64,000 bases of DNA from Candidatus Bathyarchaeota archaeon (GTDB lineage Archaea; Thermoproteota; Bathyarchaeia; TCS64): contig JBDRQD010000048.1 of assembly GCA_043826455.1 (NCBI GenBank), positions 209,341-273,340 of the forward strand, read 5' to 3'. Under the pieces are notes generated by a model. It was not told the origin of the DNA and made no database searches. It was given only the letters and a program-made list of their open reading frames with translations. Below, piece after piece: positions 40,588 through 49,882 of the stretch. Every line of letters begins with the position of its first letter. The first letter of the stretch is position 1. Made by a program: the position numbers and the translations under genes.

Positions 40588-41570
40588 CTCTTACCTATGA
40601 ACTCCTTGGGTACTTCTGTCTGCTCCAGGATCTCGTTGAGGATGGCGTCCGCGCTGAAGCTGCCCTCCAGCACGTACTCCATCTTCATTATTATCCTGTG
40701 GCCCAGGGCGTCGTGGACGAACATCTTCACGTCGTCGGGTGTCACGAAACTTCGGCCCGTTATGGCTGCGTGGGCCCTAGCCACCTTGAGAAGGGCTAGG
40801 CCGCCTCTGGGGCTGGCCCCCACCTCCACCACGGGGTGCCTCCTGGTCTCCCTGATAACCTGGCTTATGTAGTCGATGATCTTGTCGTCCACGTAGATCT
40901 GCTCCTCTATGAAGCGTTGGAGGGAGCGGAAGGTGGCCTCGTTGGTGACGGGCTGGATGAAGCCGCTGGGGTCGTCCTGCTTCCAGAAGATGCGGCGCTT
41001 CATGATGAGGCTCTCCTGGGCCAGGGTCTCCACATAGCCCATGCTCATCTTCAGGAGGAACCTGTCCATCTGGGCCTCAGGCAGAGGGTAGGTTCCCTCC
41101 ATCTCTATGGGGTTCTGGGTGGCTATGACGAAGAAGGGCTCGGCCAGCTTGTGGGTCTCACCCTCTATGGTGACCTGCCGCTCCTCCATGGCCTCCAGGA
41201 GGCCGCTCTGTGTCTTAGGCGGAGCCCTGTTGATCTCGTCGGCCAGGAGCACGTTGGTGAATATGGGACCCTTCTCCAGGACGAACTGGCTCTGCTGGGC
41301 CCTCCACACCCTGGTGCCCAGGATGTCGGCGGGCATGAGGTCCGGGGTGAACTGGACCCTGCTCCAATGGCAGCCCACTATCTTGGCGTACAGCTTGGCT
41401 AGAAGCGTCTTCCCCAGCCCGGGGTAGTCCTCGAAGAGTACGTGGCCGTTGGCCAGGCTGGCGGCCAGAAGCTTCCTGAGCACCATCCGTTTTCCCACGT
41501 AAACCTTTCCAAGTCCCTCCAGTATGGCGTTGCTGACCGCCCTTACCTGGTCCACATGCATCGATGTCAT
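40584..41570 (-). CDS. MoxR-family AAA+ ATPase
   Basis: DYPGLGKT, RVQFTPDLMPADI, LADEINRA, ATQNPIE..GTYPLPEAQMDRF, GASPR. Confidence 0.93.
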   Translation of the reverse strand: MTSMHVDQVRAVSNAILEGLGKVYVGKRMVLRKLLAASLANGHVLFEDYPGLGKTLLAKLYAKIVGCHWSRVQFTPDLMPADILGTRVWRAQQSQFVLEKGPIFTNVLLADEINRAPPKTQSGLLEAMEERQVTIEGETHKLAEPFFVIATQNPIEMEGTYPLPEAQMDRFLLKMSMGYVETLAQESLIMKRRIFWKQDDPSGFIQPVTNEATFRSLQRFIEEQIYVDDKIIDYISQVIRETRRHPVVEVGASPRGGLALLKVARAHAAITGRSFVTPDDVKMFVHDALGHRIIMKMEYVLEGSFSADAILNEILEQTEVPKEFIGKR

Positions 41571-41582
41571 TTCCTTGTTCTC

Positions 41583-42812
41583 CTAACTCACTATCTTCAT
41601 TCCCGCTTCCTCGGCCGGGACGGCCTCCCTCATGAGGCCGCCCAGGCCGAGCTGGTTGATCCTTCCCACTGTGCGCTGCAGTAACTGCATGCGCCTCTCC
41701 TGGTTCCCCCGCTGCACCCTCTCGGCGCTGCCCTTTCTGGCTATGTTGGGAGGCCTGTCGTCCTCGTACTTGATGAGCTCCCTGAGGGTGCTGGCTATCT
41801 CCGCCTCCGAGGCCCTGTTCTCCTCCAGGAACCTGAAGAGCTTTACGAGGAGCCTCTCCTTGTGGCCCTCCCTCACGAACTCGTTGATGATGTCGGTGAA
41901 GTCCTCCAGGGCCTTGCCCTTCGTCGGGCTCAGGTCCTGCACGTGCTTGCCCCAGGCCCCGGCCTCGAAGGGCACCATCATGGACTCCTGCATGCCTCTG
42001 CGGACGATGGTGAATATGAGGGCCCCCAGGACGACTATGCCCGTCCACTCCACGTAGGGGCTGAGCTGCCTGATGACGGGGCTCACCTGCACCAGGCGCC
42101 CGCTTATGAAGTTGAAGTAGAGGGTGCCTATGAGGCTCATGGCCGCCACGAAGGGGTAGCTGCTGGCTATTCCGCCGGCCTGGGCAAGGTACGCGTTCCT
42201 TGAGTCCCTGAATATGCCTATCATGGTGATGACGGCGGCCACGGCGAAGCCCCAGTTGAGCATATCCTTGATGAGGAGCACCTGGTCTGACTCGGGGACC
42301 CCCGGCGTCACCATGTACAGGTTAGCCAGCTGGACGCACACCTGGCCCAGGATGAACATGGTGGCTGAGCCTGACACCACCCTGATGTAGTGCTGACCCC
42401 TGATCTCAGCCGCGGCGGCCAGTATGTTGTAGATGAAGAACACGGAGAATGCGCCCATCACCAGGTACCCGGCCACCTGTGTAGCCTGGCTTATGGGCTG
42501 CAGCATCATGAAGAAGGCTATGATGCCCGCGAAGCCGCCTGCTATCATGCCGCTCACTAGGACCCTGTTGAGGCGGCCCTCGAAGAATATGGTGAGGAGG
42601 GTGGCCGCGTAGAAGAAGGCCATGCCCCCTAGTATGGGGAGGAGGACGACGGCTATGCCCTCGTTCACCAGGGCCTCGGGCATGTAGGGGAGGAAGCTGC
42701 CGAAGTCCCCCACTGTGAAGGGGGTGATGAAGCTGACGCCCCCTAGGACACCTGCCACGAAGAGGAACAGGGCCGTTGATCTTATGAGTCTGCTACGGTT
42801 CTCCGCGTCCAC
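41583..42812 (-). CDS. Multi-pass membrane protein (MoxR operon)
   Basis: About 8 TMs plus a soluble C-terminus. Confidence 0.7.
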   Translation of the reverse strand: MDAENRSRLIRSTALFLFVAGVLGGVSFITPFTVGDFGSFLPYMPEALVNEGIAVVLLPILGGMAFFYAATLLTIFFEGRLNRVLVSGMIAGGFAGIIAFFMMLQPISQATQVAGYLVMGAFSVFFIYNILAAAAEIRGQHYIRVVSGSATMFILGQVCVQLANLYMVTPGVPESDQVLLIKDMLNWGFAVAAVITMIGIFRDSRNAYLAQAGGIASSYPFVAAMSLIGTLYFNFISGRLVQVSPVIRQLSPYVEWTGIVVLGALIFTIVRRGMQESMMVPFEAGAWGKHVQDLSPTKGKALEDFTDIINEFVREGHKERLLVKLFRFLEENRASEAEIASTLRELIKYEDDRPPNIARKGSAERVQRGNQERRMQLLQRTVGRINQLGLGGLMREAVPAEEAGMKIVS

Positions 42813-44901
42813 TCTTCATCAACTCTATGATTAGCTCTATTGTGGCGTTGGTACGCTTAAAGTCCTCCGCGGTGACGGTGATGTTGCTGTACATGGCTAT
42901 CTCGTAGCTGGTCACCAGGTCCTCCAGGGCCAGGTGGGCGTTGCCGGGCAGCCGGTCCATGAGGGTCCGCTCGAACTCCCTGGGGGTCATGGTGTCGTCT
43001 ATGTCCTGGTATATGCGCTGCATGGAGACGTAGAACCTGTTGAACAGCTTGACGACGCCCTCCTCGTAGCTGCCGTAGTCCAGGGGGGCACCGTCCTCGT
43101 AGCCGATCCTCTCCCTGGGCGTTGGGAGGCTGACCCTGGGCTCCAGGAACTCCTCCTCCTTCATTCGCCTGTTGCGCCGCGCCGCGTAGATGGCGACGCC
43201 GGCTGCGCCGCTTAGGGCGATTATTATGTTCTGGGGGAAGCCCAGGAGGATGGAGAGGAGGTCCGTTGGGTTGGGGGGCGGGACCAGGACGCTGACGCCG
43301 AAGGAGGTGGAACTGCCCAAGTAGAACCTGCTGCCACTCATGGTGAGGGTGATGTTCTCCTCGCCGTTCTCGGGGAACATGACCTGGTACTCGATTTTGC
43401 CCTCCGCGTCGCTCCTAAGTTGGAGGTCCTTGCCCAGGTAGGTGACAGTGAGGTTGACGTTGGTGATGGGTCTCCCGCTCTTCAGCTCTGTCAGTAAGCC
43501 CTTGTAGGTGACATTCTTGCCCGAGTACACCTGCCTGGGGCCGGTGACCTTGACGGCCGTCTCCGACATTACAGTTATTGGAGGGTCACTGAAGCTCTCA
43601 TCATACTCCCGGTTCTTCATAGTGTGGGCTACCAGGTTGTAGTCCCCTACGTTAAGATCAGCGGCGTCGCAGGTGACGTTGAATAGCCCGTTCTCCACGG
43701 AGCCGACCCCAACTATCTGCCCGGTCTCGTTGGCGTCCTCCTTGTTCACCTTCAATATTATCTCAACTTGGGGTCCCGATACTGCGGTGCCATTCAAGGT
43801 GGTCACGATGCCCCAGACATGGAACTTGCTGCCCTTCAACGCGACGGGGTCGTTGCCCGTGATGTTGGTGACAGTCTGCTGCCTGGTTATGTTCACATCT
43901 CCCTCGTCGTAGTGCTTGGGAGTGGCGTCGAAGATGACCCAGCCCTGGCCCTGAAACTTGGCCTCGACGTAGAGGTAAGCCTGCTGAGGCATCACGTACT
44001 GGATCTCGTTGTAAGGGTCGACCAAATAACCTATGACGGCGCGGGCCGGCAGCCCGGCGCTGCGGGCCAGGAGTATTAGGGCGCTGTTGAAGTGGCTGCC
44101 CACTCCCTCCCGGGTGTTGAATAGGAACCACTCCACTGGGTCGATGGTGCTCGGGGCGGGCCTGAAGTCCTTTTTGAACTTGTAGTTCTCCTTCAGGTAG
44201 GCCTCTATCGCCCGATACTTGTCGTAGGGAGAGGTGCGGCCTACTGTTATCTGCTGGGCCAAGGCGGCCAGCCTGGCCTTTACATTGTCGGGTACATTCA
44301 GCATGAGCTCGCTCCCCACTGGGTTAGCGGCCCTCAGTGAGGCCTCGTTGTAGTTGGGCATCTGCCAGGAAACCCAGTACGGCTTGTCGAAGGGCCCCAG
44401 GGACAGGAAGCTCCGAGCCTCAGGTATGTAGGCGAGGCTTGTGTTGAGCATGAGGGTCACGGTATTAGGCGCGACAGGTACATAGCCGCTGAACGTGGTT
44501 AGGGGCGTCACGTAGAACTGTTTAAAGGCGTAGGTGACCCGGCCCTCGTACTCGCTGGGGATGAGCTGCCCGTTGTAGGTCTCCGACTGGTACTGCTTAG
44601 CCTCCACCCACCTGCCCAGCGTATAGTTCTCGGCGGGGTACCGCCTAAGGTACCTGGTGAAGGTCTGGAGCCTTATCTCCATGATGGGCCCCATCTCCCT
44701 AGGCTCCTCATCGTCCACGCTGACGCTCTCAGTGGACTTGCCCAGGGCCCCCGGGTCCATGATGGGGTTCACTGGGCCGGGCCTGTCCTCGTCCAGGTCT
44801 AGGCGCGTGATGTCCCCCAGTATGCTGATGGCCGTCGAGAGCATACCTACACTTAGGGCTAGCACGATGAGCAGGAGCACGAGCCTGGCGTAGCTCTTCA
44901 A
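42793..44901 (-). CDS. Transglutaminase-like domain protein with a C-terminal DUF4129-like domain
   Basis: FLF..EGVGSHF...ARSAGLPARAVIGY, GWVIFDATP; MTPRE...LVTSYEIAMYS. Confidence 0.8.
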   Translation of the reverse strand: MKSYARLVLLLIVLALSVGMLSTAISILGDITRLDLDEDRPGPVNPIMDPGALGKSTESVSVDDEEPREMGPIMEIRLQTFTRYLRRYPAENYTLGRWVEAKQYQSETYNGQLIPSEYEGRVTYAFKQFYVTPLTTFSGYVPVAPNTVTLMLNTSLAYIPEARSFLSLGPFDKPYWVSWQMPNYNEASLRAANPVGSELMLNVPDNVKARLAALAQQITVGRTSPYDKYRAIEAYLKENYKFKKDFRPAPSTIDPVEWFLFNTREGVGSHFNSALILLARSAGLPARAVIGYLVDPYNEIQYVMPQQAYLYVEAKFQGQGWVIFDATPKHYDEGDVNITRQQTVTNITGNDPVALKGSKFHVWGIVTTLNGTAVSGPQVEIILKVNKEDANETGQIVGVGSVENGLFNVTCDAADLNVGDYNLVAHTMKNREYDESFSDPPITVMSETAVKVTGPRQVYSGKNVTYKGLLTELKSGRPITNVNLTVTYLGKDLQLRSDAEGKIEYQVMFPENGEENITLTMSGSRFYLGSSTSFGVSVLVPPPNPTDLLSILLGFPQNIIIALSGAAGVAIYAARRNRRMKEEEFLEPRVSLPTPRERIGYEDGAPLDYGSYEEGVVKLFNRFYVSMQRIYQDIDDTMTPREFERTLMDRLPGNAHLALEDLVTSYEIAMYSNITVTAEDFKRTNATIELIIELMKSGRGEP

Positions 44902-45133
44902 TCTGATTCTTAACGTGGTTCCTACTGTTTTATCCTTTTAGCCCCCGGGGAGACTGTTTTTCGGCTTCTTCCTGTTTTTGTCTCACCTATGCGTGATGTT
45001 CACTTGTATGTGACGCGAAACTTGGGGTGGTGTTAGCCCCCTAAATATAGTGTTTCGTGTCAAGTTATTTCAAGGGGCTGAGAGTAACCCTCTATACGAT
45101 AATTCTATACTCCTAAACCACCTTAGGGTACCC

Positions 45134-46480
45134 ATGTGGACTGTCAAGTCTGAGTCGGGCAGGCTCCGCGCCGTCCTAGTCCAGGACTCCGCGGAGCAGC
45201 TCTGGACCAGGAGGCTGCCCTTCGCAGGCGTAGAGAGCAGCACCCACTACTTGGCCAGGGACCCCCACGCCCAGATGGAGCCGGGCCACGAAGAGTGGCT
45301 CCAGCTCCCCAAGATGCTCAAAGATGAGGGCGTCCGGGTCTTCGAGGTCAAGTCCATGCTGGAGAAGATACTGGAGGAGGCCACCGTGGCGGAGAGGGCG
45401 CAGATGGTGGAGGACGTCTGGGATGGGATGCCCGGGGCCCCCGACCCGGAGGAGCTTACCGTCGACCACTTCATGTGGGGACACCCGCCCAGGCCCTACT
45501 ACGACGAGGCCTGTGACAGGGTGGTTCTCCCCGACCACAGGAGGGTAGCCTGGACCTATACTAGGGACACCAGCTTCACCACTCAGGTGGGCGCAGTCAT
45601 ATGTAACATGAGGCGGTACAGCCGCCGATATGAGCCCCGGGTAGTGAAGCTCTGCTACACCTACGACCCGGTGCTGAGGGAGAACACGGAGATCGTTTAC
45701 GACGCCAACGAGGCCGAGGGCGTCTTCAGTGAGCCGCCCTGCGTGGAGGGGGGCGACACCCAGATCGTGGACGAGGAGACCATAGCCGTCGGCGTGGGCC
45801 AGCGGTCCACCGTCACCGGGGTCCTGGAGACGGCGAAGAGGCTCTTCCAGGCGGACACGGATGGCCAGCTCAGGTACATATGCGCGGTGAGCCTTGCTGA
45901 TTACCCCGCGGTGGACTACATGCACCTGGATGTCACCATCAACTACCCGGAGAGGGGTAGGGCCCTGGTCATGCCCTACGTCTATGACACCGAGCTGGTG
46001 CCCGACTACCCGCCTAAGAGGCTGCTGCTGAAGACCCTGGAGGCGGTCCGGGCTCAGGCCGAGGCCCACGGCCGCCCTATGGAGCCTCTGGTTCATCCTG
46101 ACCACTTCAGGAACCTGGGCAGGACTGCTGTCTATGTCAATCGGGGTGGCAGGCCTGTGCTCCTCCGGAATGAGCTGAGTCTTCTGGACTTCTTGGTGAG
46201 GGAGGGCAAGCTGGAGCGGGATGGTCTCATCTATGTGGGTGGCAGGTCGGAGAAGCCTAACGATGTGGAGCACCTCTTGGAGGCCATGATGGAGCAGAGC
46301 CGCGGCGCGGCCAACATAGTTACCGTCAAACCTGGGGTGGTCATCGCCTATGACAGGAACAGGCGGACCAACGGGGAGCTGAGGGACCACGGCGTCACCG
46401 TCAGGGAGTGGAGCAGTAGCTATCTGGACCTTCTTGGTGGTCCTCATTGTAGTACCAGTCCTCTCTGGCGGGACCCTTAA
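45134..46480 (+). CDS. arcA: Arginine deiminase family protein
   Basis: VKSESGRLRAVLV, YTRD, EGGD, MHLD, GGPHCSTSPL.RD. Confidence 0.78.
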   Translation: MWTVKSESGRLRAVLVQDSAEQLWTRRLPFAGVESSTHYLARDPHAQMEPGHEEWLQLPKMLKDEGVRVFEVKSMLEKILEEATVAERAQMVEDVWDGMPGAPDPEELTVDHFMWGHPPRPYYDEACDRVVLPDHRRVAWTYTRDTSFTTQVGAVICNMRRYSRRYEPRVVKLCYTYDPVLRENTEIVYDANEAEGVFSEPPCVEGGDTQIVDEETIAVGVGQRSTVTGVLETAKRLFQADTDGQLRYICAVSLADYPAVDYMHLDVTINYPERGRALVMPYVYDTELVPDYPPKRLLLKTLEAVRAQAEAHGRPMEPLVHPDHFRNLGRTAVYVNRGGRPVLLRNELSLLDFLVREGKLERDGLIYVGGRSEKPNDVEHLLEAMMEQSRGAANIVTVKPGVVIAYDRNRRTNGELRDHGVTVREWSSSYLDLLGGPHCSTSPLWRDP

Positions 46481-46560
46481 GATTGGGTGGATTTGGGTTG
46501 TCTTCTTGTCTGGCGCTGTGTGAAGCCCTGGAGCCCTTATTTTAGGAGGTTTTTTCTTCC

Positions 46561-46785
46561 TAAAATCGATACCCCCCTACCTTTTTTGCACATATGCTCC
46601 GGGTCATGGTCTCGCGGTACGAGTTAACTCGTTTTATGACTGAAAAAACAGCCATAAAATGATACCCCCCCTACCTTTTTTCACGTCAATTAATCTGGGA
46701 CACTCAGGCGTCTCATCGGTGTCCGGGTGATCCCGAATGATAGAAAAAAACGCCATTAGGGGGTACCCCCCCTACGTTTTTTATA
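46561..46785 (+). repeat. Three tandem units of (g)ataCCCCCC(C)TAC(C/G)TTTTTT with unique spacers
   Basis: Cores near 46568, 46661, 46763; units 2 and 3 preceded by atga..gaaaaaa(a)c(a)gccat. Confidence 0.8.
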
Positions 46786-47070
46786 CATCAGCCACCAGTG
46801 CGCCGTGCCCGGTGTGCTTGACGGACCGTGATTCTGTGTGGAATGGACGGTGTTTCTGCATAGAATGGGATCGCATCGGACCGGTTCTGTGGCTCCTTTT
46901 GGCGTGGGGTGTCCGATTCCGGTTCACCTGCTCTCCCCCTCCCCCGGGGGTTCTTACGTTGGCGTGGTGGGCGTATCGTTAGCTTGGTGGCTATCCTGTG
47001 CCAGACGGGATAAGGCGGAAAAAATTTTCCATCTTTTGTTTCTTGCTTTTTCTTCAGTGAGATACCTCAT
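46763..47070 (+). repeat. Dispersed non-coding element, copy 2
   Basis: Aligns to the reverse complement of 34666-34985; exact block at 46876-46909. Confidence 0.9.
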
Positions 47071-47164
47071 TATCCCTTGCTCAGGAGATCTACAGAGCAC
47101 GGTTAACCGGAAGCCTCTTAACGTTTTTTAGAGGTTGGCTCGGGGCGAGAGAGGGGTTGGCCTC

Positions 47165-47695
47165 CTATGAGGGCCAAACGGGCTCCGTTTTCCAGTACGT
47201 GATCCTTATGTGGGCCTTCTGGTCCCTTGAGCTGGAGTAGATCTTCCAGGCGGTCGAGGAGCGCATACCCCAAGGGCTGTCGAAAATTGAACCATACTCC
47301 TCCTGGGCCAGCCACACCACTCCGTCGCTTATCCTCCACTCGGCGTGTACCTGGTACTCTCGCCCATCCGTGAACCGTATCAGGATGTACTCCCCCGGCG
47401 TTGACTCAGCCCAGATGCTTATGTTGTAGACTCCGTCCATGCTGGCCGTCTTCCTCACCATGTAGTCGCCTGTGATGTCATCGACGGGGGCGTCGGTGAA
47501 CTCTATGTCCCACGAGTAGCTCTGCGGCGTCCTGGTGAAGGAGTAGAGTGAGAGGCTTATGATCACCGCGAAGGCGAACATGGAGCTCCTGAACACCTGT
47601 TTATCTGAGTATTCTTTGTCTGGGACCCACGCGGCTACTTGGTTTGCCCCTGGGCACCAGCCAAGGTACCGGAGGGTTAGGGTACGCGGATTCAT
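47165..47695 (-). CDS. Single-TM hypothetical protein with an N-terminal LGWCP motif (DUF1673-like)
   Basis: RYLGWCPG followed by one TM. Confidence 0.6.
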   Translation of the reverse strand: MNPRTLTLRYLGWCPGANQVAAWVPDKEYSDKQVFRSSMFAFAVIISLSLYSFTRTPQSYSWDIEFTDAPVDDITGDYMVRKTASMDGVYNISIWAESTPGEYILIRFTDGREYQVHAEWRISDGVVWLAQEEYGSIFDSPWGMRSSTAWKIYSSSRDQKAHIRITYWKTEPVWPS

Positions 47696-48267
47696 GCCCT
47701 CAGCCCCTGACGCCTAATCTGCCCGGTAACATCGATTGCTCCGCTGAAACCCCCTAGCCTCAGCACCCCGGCCTCAAGCCGCTGACACACGAGACAAACC
47801 ATTAAATCATCCCCCAAAACTAAACATATGTAAAGTATTAAACCTTTACGGATGGGCTGAGCCGAGAAGGTCACCTAAGCACAGCACCACACCCCTAAGA
47901 ATAGTGGTGAGACACGAACCCCGTAAAAAATCGTAAATTCTCAGTCACTAGTAACAAAAGGGCCCAAAAAAACGCTTATTACCAATAACAGGAGTATTGA
48001 ATTTCTCTAATTATTACCTTTCGTAGTTTAATATTAAATTATTGTGAAAACATGAGGGATGGGGTTTGAACCCTACCGCAAGTGGAGACATATTTCTCAA
48101 TACTCCCCATTTTTTATTCATTAATTTGGAGTATGTCACCAATTAAATCAATTATGTCCTGAAAAATCTGCACGCGCAATCTGTCCAGATGGCTGGTAAC
48201 ATTGCTATAATGTCAACCAATGAAGGCTAATATATATAGATTTAACAGAAAGGAAACGTTACAGCAA

Positions 48268-49110
48268 TTATATTAATGCTAAAAATTCTTTTGTAATTAG
48301 CTCAAAATCTCTAACATGTCCATCTCTTTGAGCTTCATAAATACCCCATAGAGGGACATGTTTCTCTGATGCCTTTGAGTAATAAGTTGAATTTCTTGTT
48401 CTATTTTGGAAAACGTATTTTCGTCCTGATTGAGTTTTCCTTACACCTGACATTATTTCATTCATTAAATTAGTCTGTCTAAACATTGTAAAAATAATTC
48501 CTAGAGGCTCAATTTTAGATCCATACATTTCAGTAGTTTTATCAATCACTTCTTCAAGAAGTGGTATTCCGAGTACCGATAATGGGTCTGGTTTAACTGG
48601 TACTAGATAATAATCACAAGCAACAATTCCACTAATGAGAAAAACCGAAAATGTTGGAGGGCAGTCTACGAAAATATAATCATATGCATCTTTGTATTTT
48701 AAAATAAAATTTTGAAGTTTATGCGCCACATCTGTTCTAAAGCTGTGATTGATGATATGAATTGTACTGGGGATGAGGTCTAATGTTTTTCCTTCAATGG
48801 TGGATATTTTTCTAACGTAATCTTCTAACTCTAATTTTTGATGCGATATTGTTTTTATTCCTTCTAGTATGCTATTATAAGTGATATCGTTAGAAAATAA
48901 TATATTGTAAACAGTTGGCTTCTCACCTGAAACCATATCTTCATTCGTTTTAATATCAACTAAATATTGTGTTGCATTATATTGAGGATCTAAATCAATC
49001 ATTAATACTCGTTTATTTTCTCTATAGGCTAGAAAATAGGCTAAATTTATGGCCACAGTTGTTTTACCAACCCCTCCTTTCATATTGAGAAATGCAATCG
49101 TTTGACCCAT
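48268..49110 (-). CDS. ParA/Soj-family ATPase
   Basis: NMKGGVGKTT deviant Walker A, IDLDPQ.N.T, DLIPS, FVDCPP. Confidence 0.9.
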   Translation of the reverse strand: MGQTIAFLNMKGGVGKTTVAINLAYFLAYRENKRVLMIDLDPQYNATQYLVDIKTNEDMVSGEKPTVYNILFSNDITYNSILEGIKTISHQKLELEDYVRKISTIEGKTLDLIPSTIHIINHSFRTDVAHKLQNFILKYKDAYDYIFVDCPPTFSVFLISGIVACDYYLVPVKPDPLSVLGIPLLEEVIDKTTEMYGSKIEPLGIIFTMFRQTNLMNEIMSGVRKTQSGRKYVFQNRTRNSTYYSKASEKHVPLWGIYEAQRDGHVRDFELITKEFLALI

Positions 49111-49225
49111 GTCTTATTCTTAACTTCCAAGTTTTTATTAATTTTTCTGTCTTTTTTTGTGTGTGTGTTTGATTTATTTTTCGTCATTTTTTTATAGTTC
49201 GTAATTTCCTTAATATTGAACGTGC

Positions 49226-49882
49226 ATGAGTTCCGAGTCAAAAGATATTGTCCGATATTTAAAAAAAATTAGTGAGGATATTGACTATATTAAAAAAATG
49301 TATGTAATACAAAATCGATTCGTTATTCATGATAGTCTTGAATCAGTTTTAAATGATGATAGAAAAAAATTAACTTATGATCTATTTGATGGAAACACAT
49401 CTACAAATGATATAATTGAGTTATTGAGATTAAACCGTTCTACTCTATATGCTTGGATTAATCAATGGATGAAAATGGGGATAATTAATTCTGATTTGAA
49501 AAAAGGGAGTAAATTTTATAAAAAAATATTTTCTCTAGAGGATTTGAATATTTCTAAACCCAGCATAGATGAATTCATTGATCGATCTAATTATATGTTT
49601 AATTTACCAAATGATTATGAACTACACAAGTTGTTATCCAATATCAATGTAAAATACCCAAAAGAATTGGAGACTTTAACTCATGATGTTTTTAATAGTT
49701 TTTTTGTGCATGTTTCAGACATTGTCATTGAATATAATAAATCCACCAATAAGAAAAAATTATTATATATACAAGGTCTTAGACAGATTGGAGAGGTAAA
49801 AAAAGATACAGAATTTATTCGCTATTTCAATCAATGGGAAAATAATATTAAACATAAAGATGATAAAATTTGTACCGATTAG
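49226..49882 (+). CDS. Winged-helix DNA-binding hypothetical protein
   Basis: YDLFDG..ST.DII..LRLNRSTLYAWINQWMKMGII HTH-like segment. Confidence 0.65.
   Translation: MSSESKDIVRYLKKISEDIDYIKKMYVIQNRFVIHDSLESVLNDDRKKLTYDLFDGNTSTNDIIELLRLNRSTLYAWINQWMKMGIINSDLKKGSKFYKKIFSLEDLNISKPSIDEFIDRSNYMFNLPNDYELHKLLSNINVKYPKELETLTHDVFNSFFVHVSDIVIEYNKSTNKKKLLYIQGLRQIGEVKKDTEFIRYFNQWENNIKHKDDKICTD

Noticed and set aside
45176..46447. Long antisense ORFs (also 56946-58460, 14427-15584, 22478-23596, 50935-52014)
   Set aside because: Shadows of real genes on the opposite strand, expected with high GC at third codon positions.
46561..46790. CRISPR array
   Set aside because: Only three degenerate, homopolymer-rich units with irregular spacing and no cas genes; kept as an unclassified repeat.
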